Made by a program: the position numbers and the translations under genes. This document shows, in pieces, positions 29,414 through 38,301 of a DNA stretch of 61,829 nt. Under the pieces are notes generated by a model, which saw nothing but the letters and a program-made list of their open reading frames with translations, did not search any database and was not told where the DNA came from. The stretch is from an uncultured virus (IMG/VR IMGVR_UViG_3300032011_003340) (Duplodnaviria > Heunggongvirae > Uroviricota > Caudoviricetes). The stretch lies in the IMG/VR virus record IMGVR_UViG_3300032011_003340. One strand, 5' to 3'. How positions within the stretch are numbered: position 1 is the stretch's first letter; every line of letters starts with the position of its first letter.

Positions 29414-29500
29414 CGTTGCATGGTAACTCTTCAGCATATCCTACCAATGGATATGAACACAACCTTACTCGTCAGTAAGGTTATGTTTCGTCGCGCAACG
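29414..29500 (-). ncRNA. Type II hammerhead ribozyme
   Basis: CGTTGCGCGAC-GAAAC-ATAACCTTAC..GTAAGGTTGT-GTT-CATATCC-ATTGGTA-GGATATG-CTGAAGA-GTTACCATGCAACG: full core, stems I-III, loop I TGGTA / TACCA pseudoknot. Confidence 0.85.
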
Positions 29501-30431
29501 AAATTTGGACTCTTCCCTCGTCCAGGATATACTCTAATGGTACACCTATGTCGGGCCACATCTCTCTTTCACTTATAGTAAAGATGTGAGTTAGTTAACG
29601 GGAGGTATATGTGAATAACCTTTATACTATCTAATATCCTAGATGTATATACCCTTTGATGTAATAACCATACAGTGTGGAGATATCACAACTGTAATCG
29701 CCACCGGGTCACTCTTTGAGTGATAAGCCGGTTTGTTTAATTAAATAATTCATAATACACTCACTTACTGCAGAAGTGTTTGGTATAGTGTTGGTTTGCT
29801 CCTACCATAACGGAGCTGGTTAAAAAATAGTGATAATCTCTATGATGTTCAAGATTATCTTTGCAGGACATACCTCATGAGATATGGTTTACCGAGGTAA
29901 TCGGGCTTTTTATCTCCTGCAACAGAGAATTTATTTAAAACAATCAGGGTTAATATCCCTGATTGCATTTTCTATCATACAAGCTTCATCGAAAGACAGA
30001 TTAGAAGCAACTAATTTAGCTTCTAATTCTTCCTTGAAGAATTTAATAGACTTTTTAGATGCTAATGCATCTCCATCTTTGAACTTGTATACATTATATA
30101 CAGGTTCTTTTTTTAAATTTATCATAATAATATTTTTATACATTAAATAAATTACAATTAAATGTATGCAGATTTCCATCTGCATCTTTAAATGTCATTG
30201 TATAATTACCTGCATCATCAGCAGGTGTCTGAGATATGAAAATAAGATTCTTCATATTTTTATGTTTTAAGCCACTCAAAATATATTTTGATATGTAGGT
30301 ACCAAAAATGTTTTATAGTGGAAATATACTAATAAATTTAAACGATTAAATATATAACCATGTTATTTCATACATAGTATATATTTAAAAAACAATACTC
30401 TCTCAACCCGAAGGAAGAGAGAGTAGAGTTT

Positions 30432-31049
30432 TTATGCATCTTTTTTAACGGCGGTTTCAGCCTTTAAAGAAGTTGCTACTTTTGAAGTGGCCATGTAATG
30501 GGCATTCACGGCGGTTTCTGAAAGCTTCTCAGCAACTTGCTTGCTGAAAGTTTGAAAACAACCGCTGTCACGGATAGGTTCAACAAAGGTCATCAGGCCA
30601 TCGCCTGCGCCCTTTTTTGTTTCCTTTCCGTAGCTTACGGCAACAGACCCTTTCGGGATGTGCACCGCAGGGATTTTTACCAAATCCCCAACTGCGTAGC
30701 CGTTGAGTTCTGTAAGACGAATAGTCCAACTCCTTAGAGTTTGATTATTCTCTTCATCACGACAGATGAGAGCGTACTTGTCGTACGATTTCTCATCTTT
30801 TGCAATAATAGTTTCAGTGAGAGTTGCCGAGTTAACGACGGCAGTTCTCATTTCGAAACTTTCAACTTGGTCATCTACAACAATTTGTTGCAGGTTTCCT
30901 GCGATTAATTGTTCGATGATGGCTTCAAAGCCTTCAAGATTTTCAGCGTCGCCTTCTTTGAAGACGTTGACAATTTTGGTTCCTTGCTCTCTTGCAAGGG
31001 ATGCCTGCTTACGCAGGTTTGCGAGGAAATTCTTATTAGAATCTTTCAT
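30432..31049 (-). CDS. First gene of the left arm; hypothetical protein with higher GC
   Basis: 205 aa ORF with AT-rich leader and downstream UUCG hairpin (~30397-30424). Confidence 0.7.
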   Translation of the reverse strand: MKDSNKNFLANLRKQASLAREQGTKIVNVFKEGDAENLEGFEAIIEQLIAGNLQQIVVDDQVESFEMRTAVVNSATLTETIIAKDEKSYDKYALICRDEENNQTLRSWTIRLTELNGYAVGDLVKIPAVHIPKGSVAVSYGKETKKGAGDGLMTFVEPIRDSGCFQTFSKQVAEKLSETAVNAHYMATSKVATSLKAETAVKKDA

Positions 31050-31084
31050 AGCATTAAAATTTTTTAATTAATTAAGAAATAAAT

Positions 31085-31500
31085 TGTGGGGGGCTCCACC
31101 CGCCACAAAACTTAAGGGGGGTTCAATTGGTATGTGGTAACCAACCCCACATTCACTAACACAAAAAAATTATAATAAAAAATTTTTTCCTATATATACA
31201 TACAATACATATACAATACATACAATATACATACATTATAATTATAATACTCTATACATTATTACATATAATACATATATTAGTGTATATTAGTAATTAT
31301 ATTAGATATTAAAATAAACATACTTATAAGGTTATTTATAATATTGTATTTATTATTACATTGTATAATATAATTAAAGTATTTTCTATAATTATTATAT
31401 AATTAGCCTTTTTTAATATTTATTGGTATTTATATAAAATATATCTAGTATATTTGTACCAACATAATATAAAACATATATTATTACTTAAACAATTAAC
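31085..31500. other. Divergent strand-switch junction (possible terminus, origin or promoter region)
   Basis: G-run hairpins (31085-31150), CATACAATA-type tandem repeats (~31195-31235), extreme AT content. Confidence 0.55.
31449..31456 (+). promoter_or_regulatory. Bacteroidota -7 promoter element
   Basis: TATATTTG about 50 nt upstream of ATG 31504. Confidence 0.5.
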
Positions 31501-31503
31501 AAA

Positions 31504-31764
31504 ATGTTATTAATAGAACTAACTACATTAACAACATCCTCTAGATTAAAGAACCTAGGTGTAAAAATAAGTGACGATGACTATATACAGATCAATTCAT
31601 TTATAGATATAGGAAAAATAACACACCTAACAGAAAATCCAGACGATAAGAGCATAACTAATATTTATTTAACCAATGGAGCCGTTTTACATACAGATAT
31701 AAAACTATTAGAATTAATAAATTATCTTCAAAACGCCCATAAAGAAAATACAGTAGATGTCTAA
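31504..31764 (+). CDS. Hypothetical protein
   Basis: First ORF of the right arm. Confidence 0.6.
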   Translation: MLLIELTTLTTSSRLKNLGVKISDDDYIQINSFIDIGKITHLTENPDDKSITNIYLTNGAVLHTDIKLLELINYLQNAHKENTVDV

Positions 31765-32254
31765 CATAAATTACAGTAAAAACAGTAAAGTAGTAAAATA
31801 CGGTAATTATACCGAAGAATACATAGGACCTGGTGAAATAGAAACAACTGTTCTCAGATCCATAGATATAGATACATTCTACAGACTTTACCTTAAATTA
31901 AATAATGTCATTGGAGTTAGAAGACAGGGTAGTAAAATAATAGAAACTAAACTACCTGATACCCCAATAGAACTATTAATTCATTTGATGAAAAAGAATG
32001 GGGACTTTACAATTGTATTTCGCAATAAAGATGCAACATTGGTTAAATTAGGTGAAGAGCTGGGTAAAAGTGCTTCTAGTATTTATGCCACTTTAAGTAA
32101 ACTGCGTAAAGCGGGTTATATAATAAAAGACGAAGATAACCTCTTTATATTAAATAAAGAACTACAAGACCTTATAAAATTAACACGTAAAGTTATAAGT
32201 GAAGGTGAACCATTAAAATTTGATTTCCTATTTAAATTCTGTGTAACAGAATAG
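31757..32254 (+). CDS. Winged HTH DNA-binding protein (RepL-like)
   Basis: LGEELGKSASSIYATLSKLRKAGYII...FILN. Confidence 0.7.
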   Translation: MSNINYSKNSKVVKYGNYTEEYIGPGEIETTVLRSIDIDTFYRLYLKLNNVIGVRRQGSKIIETKLPDTPIELLIHLMKKNGDFTIVFRNKDATLVKLGEELGKSASSIYATLSKLRKAGYIIKDEDNLFILNKELQDLIKLTRKVISEGEPLKFDFLFKFCVTE

Positions 32255-32269
32255 GTAAGTAACAATAAC

Positions 32270-32545
32270 ATGTCTAATAATCCTTTTATAAAGAAAGTAA
32301 TAAAAGAAGTTGCTAAAGAATTAAATTTACCTGAAATTAAAGTAGAACATGCCGTTAATCATTTCTTTTTGTGGCAGCGTCATGCTTTTGACAGTTTAAA
32401 GTATAGTAAGTACTTATGGAATTACTTTGGAACATTTACAATAATAAAGAAGAGATATGAAGGTCTGATTAAATCAGATAAATTTATACCTCCTGAAGAT
32501 AAACTAACTAATAAAAACAATAATAAAAACAAAAACGATGAGTAA
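32270..32545 (+). CDS. HU/IHF-like DNA-binding protein
   Basis: VIKEVAKELNLP...V......YFGTFTI resembles HU/IHF. Confidence 0.6.
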   Translation: MSNNPFIKKVIKEVAKELNLPEIKVEHAVNHFFLWQRHAFDSLKYSKYLWNYFGTFTIIKKRYEGLIKSDKFIPPEDKLTNKNNNKNKNDE

Positions 32546-33320
32546 AAAGAGTAGACCTAGGAAAACAAGAATACGTAAAGCAAGTTCATACATTAACAAT
32601 GCTAAACGTCAAGAATCAGAAGAAACACGTCAGGATCAAATTAATAAAATGCTGGCCGGGCAGAACTTTGTTGATACATGGAATAGTGAATATGTTGGAC
32701 ATAAGAGTATGAAAGGTGAGGATATAACTAATCACTTTGATAATATTCAGTTGGAAGACGGATTAATTGTTCAAATGTATATGGAGAATCCAATTAAGCA
32801 TATTGCTCGCAATAGTGAGACAAAAGAAGTAATACACCTTGATTATTACATTCGTCAGATTGATGCGCGTAAACGCAATACAGATGCGCCACATTGGGTC
32901 CCTACACCTTTCCCTGTAATTGATAAAGGTATTATTATGGCTATCTCTCCTCGCACTAAGATGTGGTATTATGAACAACAAGAGAAACTAGCCAAGTATG
33001 ATAAAGAAGCTGCCAAAGCCATGATTATACCAAAGGTGGGAGATGTTGTCTATACTAAACTATTCCAATTTAAAGATAAACGGTATTACATTAACAAACA
33101 AAGTAAGTGTGAGGATTTGGTTAAAAATCAAATAGAGTTACGTTTAAAGGAGTTCGATTTCTTGTTTCTGATTGATAATTTTGATATTGAATCAATTGTT
33201 AATCAAGAAGAAATTGGTAACATGTCAGATCATCAAGTATTAGTTGATAATCGGTATATTGAAATAGAACCAGATCCAGAGCCAACACCAGAACAAAAAG
33301 AACAATTAATAGAAGATTAA
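32538..33320 (+). CDS. Hypothetical protein, possible extended GroES-like co-chaperonin
   Basis: KGIIMAIS...PKVGDVVY...FLFLIDNFDIESIV echoes GroES strand motifs. Confidence 0.4.
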   Translation: MSKKSRPRKTRIRKASSYINNAKRQESEETRQDQINKMLAGQNFVDTWNSEYVGHKSMKGEDITNHFDNIQLEDGLIVQMYMENPIKHIARNSETKEVIHLDYYIRQIDARKRNTDAPHWVPTPFPVIDKGIIMAISPRTKMWYYEQQEKLAKYDKEAAKAMIIPKVGDVVYTKLFQFKDKRYYINKQSKCEDLVKNQIELRLKEFDFLFLIDNFDIESIVNQEEIGNMSDHQVLVDNRYIEIEPDPEPTPEQKEQLIED

Positions 33321-33330
33321 ACCGAATAGT

Positions 33331-33567
33331 ATGAAAATGAATTTAGATAATTGGTTATCTAAAAATGTAAGACCTTTAGTTCTATCTTTTTTAGTAATAT
33401 CAACAATACTTTTAATATTTATTGATGGTATATTTCCAAAGTTTAATGTTAGTGAAAGTTGGATAAGTTTACTTGAATTAGTTTTAATAACAGTCATCGG
33501 AGCTTATTTTGGTGGTAGATCTTTTGAAAAAGTAAAAAATAAAACTGCCGAATTAAAAAATGATTAA
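33331..33567 (+). CDS. Holin-like membrane protein
   Basis: WLSKNVRPLVL...VIGAYFGGRSFEK holin-type motif with TM helices. Confidence 0.75.
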   Translation: MKMNLDNWLSKNVRPLVLSFLVISTILLIFIDGIFPKFNVSESWISLLELVLITVIGAYFGGRSFEKVKNKTAELKND

Positions 33568-33572
33568 TTCAG

Positions 33573-33944
33573 ATGGATATAGATAAAAGAGTACTTTATA
33601 CTATTATAGGATGTTTTATTATATTAATTATAGTAACAGTAGTATCATTAACGATAGCATTTAGACCTACTCCTATAGTTGATTTCAATAAAGATCAATT
33701 TGATTTAATATATGATAAATTAGATCAAGTAGAAAGTAATTTGATTATTAATCAAAATATTATACAAAAAGAAATTGATTCATTAGAAACAACATATGAG
33801 TATTTATCTAATGATTTAATAAAGTATAATAATCAACTATCAACATCAATAACTAAAATTAAAAAATATAAAGATGAAATTAAGTATAATAATTATAGTG
33901 ACTCTTCTACAATTAGTATCATTGCAAGGTTACAGTCAAACTGA
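33573..33944 (+). CDS. Putative spanin-like protein (TM plus coiled coil)
   Basis: N-terminal TM and coiled coil; follows the holin. Confidence 0.45.
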   Translation: MDIDKRVLYTIIGCFIILIIVTVVSLTIAFRPTPIVDFNKDQFDLIYDKLDQVESNLIINQNIIQKEIDSLETTYEYLSNDLIKYNNQLSTSITKIKKYKDEIKYNNYSDSSTISIIARLQSN

Positions 33945-34347
33945 TATTTGGCCAGGTCCGGATAGTAGTATATGTATGACTAAAGAGAAAGCAGCTGAAT
34001 TAGCTAATATGATGGACAGTTTATCTAATCTTTATACTTTAAATGAATTACTTGAAGAAACAATTAAAAATAGTGACATTGTTATTAAATCATCTGAAGA
34101 GGCACTATCTAACTTATTTAATCAAAAGACAGCATTAGAAAATAAAATACTTAGTCTTGAGAAACAGTTAAATATTAGATCAGATAAAGAGTCTCTATTG
34201 AAAGAAGAGGTTGAGCAATGTTCTATAGTATTACTTAAAGCAAATAAGCAAATAAAGAGACAAAAAACAACTATGGCAATAACAGGAACTGTTGCGGGGA
34301 TTTCATTAATTGGAATTATTGTATCAGTATTAATTATTGCAATATAA
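33874..34347 (+). CDS. Putative spanin-like protein (signal, coiled coil, C-terminal TM)
   Basis: Overlaps the previous gene in the lysis cluster. Confidence 0.45.
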   Translation: MKLSIIIIVTLLQLVSLQGYSQTDIWPGPDSSICMTKEKAAELANMMDSLSNLYTLNELLEETIKNSDIVIKSSEEALSNLFNQKTALENKILSLEKQLNIRSDKESLLKEEVEQCSIVLLKANKQIKRQKTTMAITGTVAGISLIGIIVSVLIIAI

Positions 34348-34406
34348 TTAAAATCATAAAATGGGTGAGGGTAAGCAATTATCTAAACCCATTTAAATTT
34401 AAATAA

Positions 34407-35096
34407 ATGAAATTAGGTAAATACGATATTACAATAAAAAATGTATGGGCTTATATACAAGGTAATACTCGCAAAATAGTTGATGAATTAGGGCCTGATA
34501 TATTAAAATCACCTAAGCATATACAAGAACAAATATTGTGGCGTAAAGCTATACATAATCCAGAATGTTCAGAGAAGGGTAGTTGCATTGAATGTCATTG
34601 TACAGTACCCGATAAGTTTTATTCCGATAAAGAATGCGAGGGAAGTTGTTATCCTTCTATTATGGATGAAAGTAAATGGAATAAATTTAACCAAATGTGT
34701 TTACGTCGTAAGATAGATATATTTAAAGATAAATTTGATTGGGACGTAATTATTTCTGATATTGATCATTTAGGAGATACATATTATTCTTCTATTATTT
34801 GTTCTGATAAAGCTATAGTGGACCTTGGCGAATGCCAAGTCGGTACTCTACTTGAACACAAGTTTGAATTATTCAACCCAGATGAAGAAGATCTAGTAAT
34901 TAATACTATGAGTATTAGTTGTTCATGTGGTAAAGCAATAATACCTGAACCTATAAAGTCAAATGAATTTGGACATTTAATATGTACTATAGATACAAGT
35001 AATAAAAGGTCAAATAAAGAATATGATCTATGGTTTACTATTCGATATAATGAAATAAAAAGAATGAATTTTAAATTAATCTATAAGACAAAATAA
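34407..35096 (+). CDS. Cys-rich Zn-binding domain plus DUF1573-like Ig domain protein
   Basis: C-x4-GSC-x2-C-x-C cluster; F.LFN....LVI.....SCSC motif. Confidence 0.6.
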   Translation: MKLGKYDITIKNVWAYIQGNTRKIVDELGPDILKSPKHIQEQILWRKAIHNPECSEKGSCIECHCTVPDKFYSDKECEGSCYPSIMDESKWNKFNQMCLRRKIDIFKDKFDWDVIISDIDHLGDTYYSSIICSDKAIVDLGECQVGTLLEHKFELFNPDEEDLVINTMSISCSCGKAIIPEPIKSNEFGHLICTIDTSNKRSNKEYDLWFTIRYNEIKRMNFKLIYKTK

Positions 35097-35108
35097 CAGA
35101 AGTATTAC

Positions 35109-35390
35109 ATGGAACTAATTATAAAATTTATATTGGTAACTATATTAGAATTTATTTTCATAATGTTAAAGACAGTTAATATTAATAAGATTGTTCAACA
35201 AAAATTAATAGAGTCTATATTATTAACAGGATTAACAACTATTATATGGTTAACCAGTATAACAATTGGAATATTCTCAATGTTTAAAGGACAATTTATT
35301 ATTGCATTGGGATATATAATAGGTTCTATGTTAGGATGCTACGCTGCAATTAAATATGAACAACGAAGAAAAAGGAAAAATAGTCTATAA
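35109..35390 (+). CDS. Small membrane protein (DUF5698/UPF0316-like)
   Basis: Three TM segments, GYIIGSMLGCY. Confidence 0.5.
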   Translation: MELIIKFILVTILEFIFIMLKTVNINKIVQQKLIESILLTGLTTIIWLTSITIGIFSMFKGQFIIALGYIIGSMLGCYAAIKYEQRRKRKNSL

Positions 35391-35580
35391 TATATATATT
35401 CATTATTTAGAATATTTTATTGCTCATGCTCATCCAACTGGGCAAAATGGATGTTTAGAATTATCAAATAAAACTGTTAATAAATGGAAAAGATTATTAG
35501 AAACTAGTTTTGATAATTTAACAACAAAAGAAAAAGAAATTAATTATAAAATGGCGGATAAGTATTTAAAGAATTTATGA
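35356..35580 (+). CDS. Hypothetical protein
   Basis: VNKWKRLLETSFDNLTTKEKE motif seen in small phage proteins. Confidence 0.55.
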   Translation: MNNEEKGKIVYNIYIHYLEYFIAHAHPTGQNGCLELSNKTVNKWKRLLETSFDNLTTKEKEINYKMADKYLKNL

Positions 35581-35807
35581 CGGAAAATGAATTTAAACAA
35601 TGGTATCAAAAAAAATATAAAATGAATAATATTATGTTTAAGGAATTTATGACGGAAAATGAAATATTACCATGTGACTGTAGTGCAATTGGATGTAAAG
35701 GATGGGCAATGATATCTAATCATGTATCGTTTCATGATAATAAAATTAAATCAAATCATTTTATTGATCTTCATATGAAGACATTAAATAAAAAAATAGA
35801 CAGTTAA
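35577..35807 (+). CDS. Hypothetical protein (LPCDC..GCKGWAM)
   Basis: Cys motif common in small phage proteins. Confidence 0.55.
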   Translation: MTENEFKQWYQKKYKMNNIMFKEFMTENEILPCDCSAIGCKGWAMISNHVSFHDNKIKSNHFIDLHMKTLNKKIDS

Positions 35808-36715
35808 TGAAAAAAGGTGATAAAGGATCTAATGTAAAAGATCTTCAATATAAATTAAAGAAAGTATTGAATAAAAGAATAACAGTTGATGGTGATTATG
35901 GAAATGGTACAAAACAAGCAGTATGGGAGTTTCAAGAACTATATAATTTACATGTAGATGGTATAGCAGGAACAAATACAGTTGCTGTTTTAAATAAAGC
36001 ATATAAGGCAATGCACCTTAATAACAGTAATCTATTAACATTTAATAAAAATAGATTTGTTGTATTCGTTGATGCTGGTCATGGAGGTATTAGTGATTCG
36101 GGTGAATATGTTACTTCTGGTAAACGAGGATACCATAAAGGATTAAAGTTACATGATGGTGGTCATTACTACGAAGGATATGAGAATAGAATAGTAGCAG
36201 AGATGTTTATAGAAGAGTTAACTAAAAATGGTATAATGGCCATACGTACATATCATCCTTATAAGGATACCTCACTATCTTCTAGAACAGAATTAGTAAG
36301 AAGTTGGTTAAAGAGAGGATATTATGGATATTTACATTCATTTCATTCTAATGCAATATCTTCAACTAATAGTCCAAGTAAATTAGAAAATACTGTTGGG
36401 TATTGTGTTTATAGTACAAGAGGTGATAATTTAAGCGATGAGATAACAGAACAACATTTTAATAATGTTAAAGCTGCAGTATCGGATTGGAAGTTTAGAA
36501 CACAAGGTAGTGATGGTGATTCTGATTTTGAAGCTAATTTTCAATTACTAAGAGAAACAGATCTCAAAGAGTTTGATAAATTTGGTTCTATATTAGATGA
36601 ATGGGGATTTCATACAAGTGGTAAGGATTGTCAAAAGATAATGGGAACTCGCACTGAAAGAATAAACGCTTGTTTAAAAACAGCTAAATGGGTTAAAAAC
36701 AAATTAGATAATTAA
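35807..36715 (+). CDS. Endolysin: PG-binding domain plus Amidase_3 N-acetylmuramoyl-L-alanine amidase
   Basis: KKGDKGSNVKDLQ...VDGDYG..T..AV..FQ....L.VDGIAG; DAGHGG, SFHSNA, EWGF motifs. Confidence 0.9.
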   Translation: MKKGDKGSNVKDLQYKLKKVLNKRITVDGDYGNGTKQAVWEFQELYNLHVDGIAGTNTVAVLNKAYKAMHLNNSNLLTFNKNRFVVFVDAGHGGISDSGEYVTSGKRGYHKGLKLHDGGHYYEGYENRIVAEMFIEELTKNGIMAIRTYHPYKDTSLSSRTELVRSWLKRGYYGYLHSFHSNAISSTNSPSKLENTVGYCVYSTRGDNLSDEITEQHFNNVKAAVSDWKFRTQGSDGDSDFEANFQLLRETDLKEFDKFGSILDEWGFHTSGKDCQKIMGTRTERINACLKTAKWVKNKLDN

Positions 36716-36731
36716 TTAAATAAATAATACA

Positions 36732-37304
36732 ATGCCAAATTTCAATACACAAACAGAAGCTCAAATAAGCAATGATTTAGCTCAATATGGATATGATTGG
36801 TTAGAAACAGAAAATCCAGCATCTCCGTTAATAATGTATTTCAAAGATAACTTTAATACTGTACTTAAATTAACAGTTGACACTACATCATATGCGCATG
36901 TTTACACTGTCGTTGATACTAAATATTGGAGAGAACAATCCGATATATTAGCCACTGCGGTTGTAACCGATTTAGCATCATTGGATACACTTTTAATACC
37001 AGAGTATGTTGCTGTAGATACTAATATATTAAATATAGAATATCTAACAGAAATATCAAATAGAGAAGTATTAACTCCTTCTGGGGGTAGTTATTATACT
37101 TCTAGTGTATTTCAAGATGCCGCCCTAGCTTCATATAATGTATCTGAAAATCCATCTTCATATAGGGATATAACAGTATCATGGGTGCCAATATCTTTAG
37201 TTGGACCCAACTGGGTATTAACATATAATAATAGTATTATAGTTAATACAGCTGATAAAATAACTACAACTTATGGAGATCATGTAATAGTAAAACCTTT
37301 ATAA
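36732..37304 (+). CDS. Hypothetical, possibly structural protein
   Basis: 190 aa ORF. Confidence 0.6.
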   Translation: MPNFNTQTEAQISNDLAQYGYDWLETENPASPLIMYFKDNFNTVLKLTVDTTSYAHVYTVVDTKYWREQSDILATAVVTDLASLDTLLIPEYVAVDTNILNIEYLTEISNREVLTPSGGSYYTSSVFQDAALASYNVSENPSSYRDITVSWVPISLVGPNWVLTYNNSIIVNTADKITTTYGDHVIVKPL

Positions 37305-37305
37305 T

Positions 37306-37974
37306 ATGAATCTATCTAACCGTTTATTTCAGATAATAGATGAAGAACCCGTATATTGTGCAATACTTATAAATATTAAATGTTTTAAAGAACTATATAT
37401 GTTAGATAATAGTGATGATAAACATAAGTTTGCACAACACTTATTATACATATGGTATACTTGTGATCCTAGTTCTCCTTACTTTAATAGTGAAGAAAGA
37501 TTATTAGATGCTGCAATAGAAGTATATGGACGTAAAAAAGTAATGACAAAACATTTAAAGAAATGTATGGTTGAATATACTAAACGTCAATCTACACCTA
37601 TGATAAGGGCATATGAAAGAGCAATGAGAATAACAGATCAAAATGAATCTATATTACAAAAAAATAATCAACAGGCTGTAGAGTGGCAACGTTTAATAGA
37701 TGATTCAACTAGTCTTTTACAATCATTAGGTAAGAACCCTGATGAAATTTTAGCAAGGATTGAGTTACTTGAAAGAGTTCAAGATATAGAAGCTAAAAAG
37801 ATTAAGAATCAATCTGAATTATCTAAAATGGTTCCAACCATTAATAAGCAAGTAAAAGAGTTATTGGAACTTAAAAAGGAAGTTGATAAAGCAAGAATGC
37901 AAATTGATAGTGAAGATAACAAAGAAGCAATAGCAAATTATATTGTTGATGAGTTTATTGAAAGACATATATAA
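37306..37974 (+). CDS. Putative terminase small subunit-like protein
   Basis: FKELY..D....K...LLYIW...D..SPY; coiled-coil C-terminus; upstream of terL. Confidence 0.45.
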   Translation: MNLSNRLFQIIDEEPVYCAILINIKCFKELYMLDNSDDKHKFAQHLLYIWYTCDPSSPYFNSEERLLDAAIEVYGRKKVMTKHLKKCMVEYTKRQSTPMIRAYERAMRITDQNESILQKNNQQAVEWQRLIDDSTSLLQSLGKNPDEILARIELLERVQDIEAKKIKNQSELSKMVPTINKQVKELLELKKEVDKARMQIDSEDNKEAIANYIVDEFIERHI

Positions 37975-38301
37975 ATGATAATAACACAAAATCATTCTAT
38001 CGTTGATAGTATCAATAAAGGTAAATGGTGGAGGTTATTTGATCTTAAAGGTTTGAAGTTAAAACTTAAAAAACCTATATGTACATTTGCCCACCCTTAT
38101 TATAAAGGAGATAGAAACTATATAACAATATCAAAATATTTATATCCTGTTAATCATGAAAATTCAGAACCGCCGTATACTTACTCAGATTGGGTCCTAT
38201 ATGGAAATGAAATAATAAATGAATATAAAAACCATTCAATAAACCTAGCAGCCTTAGATGTTGAATATTTTTATGATTTACTAACTAAAAAGAATGTATA
38301 A
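37975..38301 (+). CDS. Hypothetical protein
   Basis: Packed between structural genes. Confidence 0.55.
   Translation: MIITQNHSIVDSINKGKWWRLFDLKGLKLKLKKPICTFAHPYYKGDRNYITISKYLYPVNHENSEPPYTYSDWVLYGNEIINEYKNHSINLAALDVEYFYDLLTKKNV

Noticed and set aside
29379..29462. N-terminal extension of ORF 29130..29462
   Set aside because: Overlaps the hammerhead ribozyme; the downstream ATG has a typical AT-rich leader.
30205..30230. Second hammerhead (CTGATGA on the minus strand)
   Set aside because: The motif sits in a simple ACCTGC/GCAGGT hairpin with no properly placed GAAA or stems.
30537..31071. Plus-strand ORFs 30537..30737 and 30766..31071
   Set aside because: Antisense shadows of 30432..31049.
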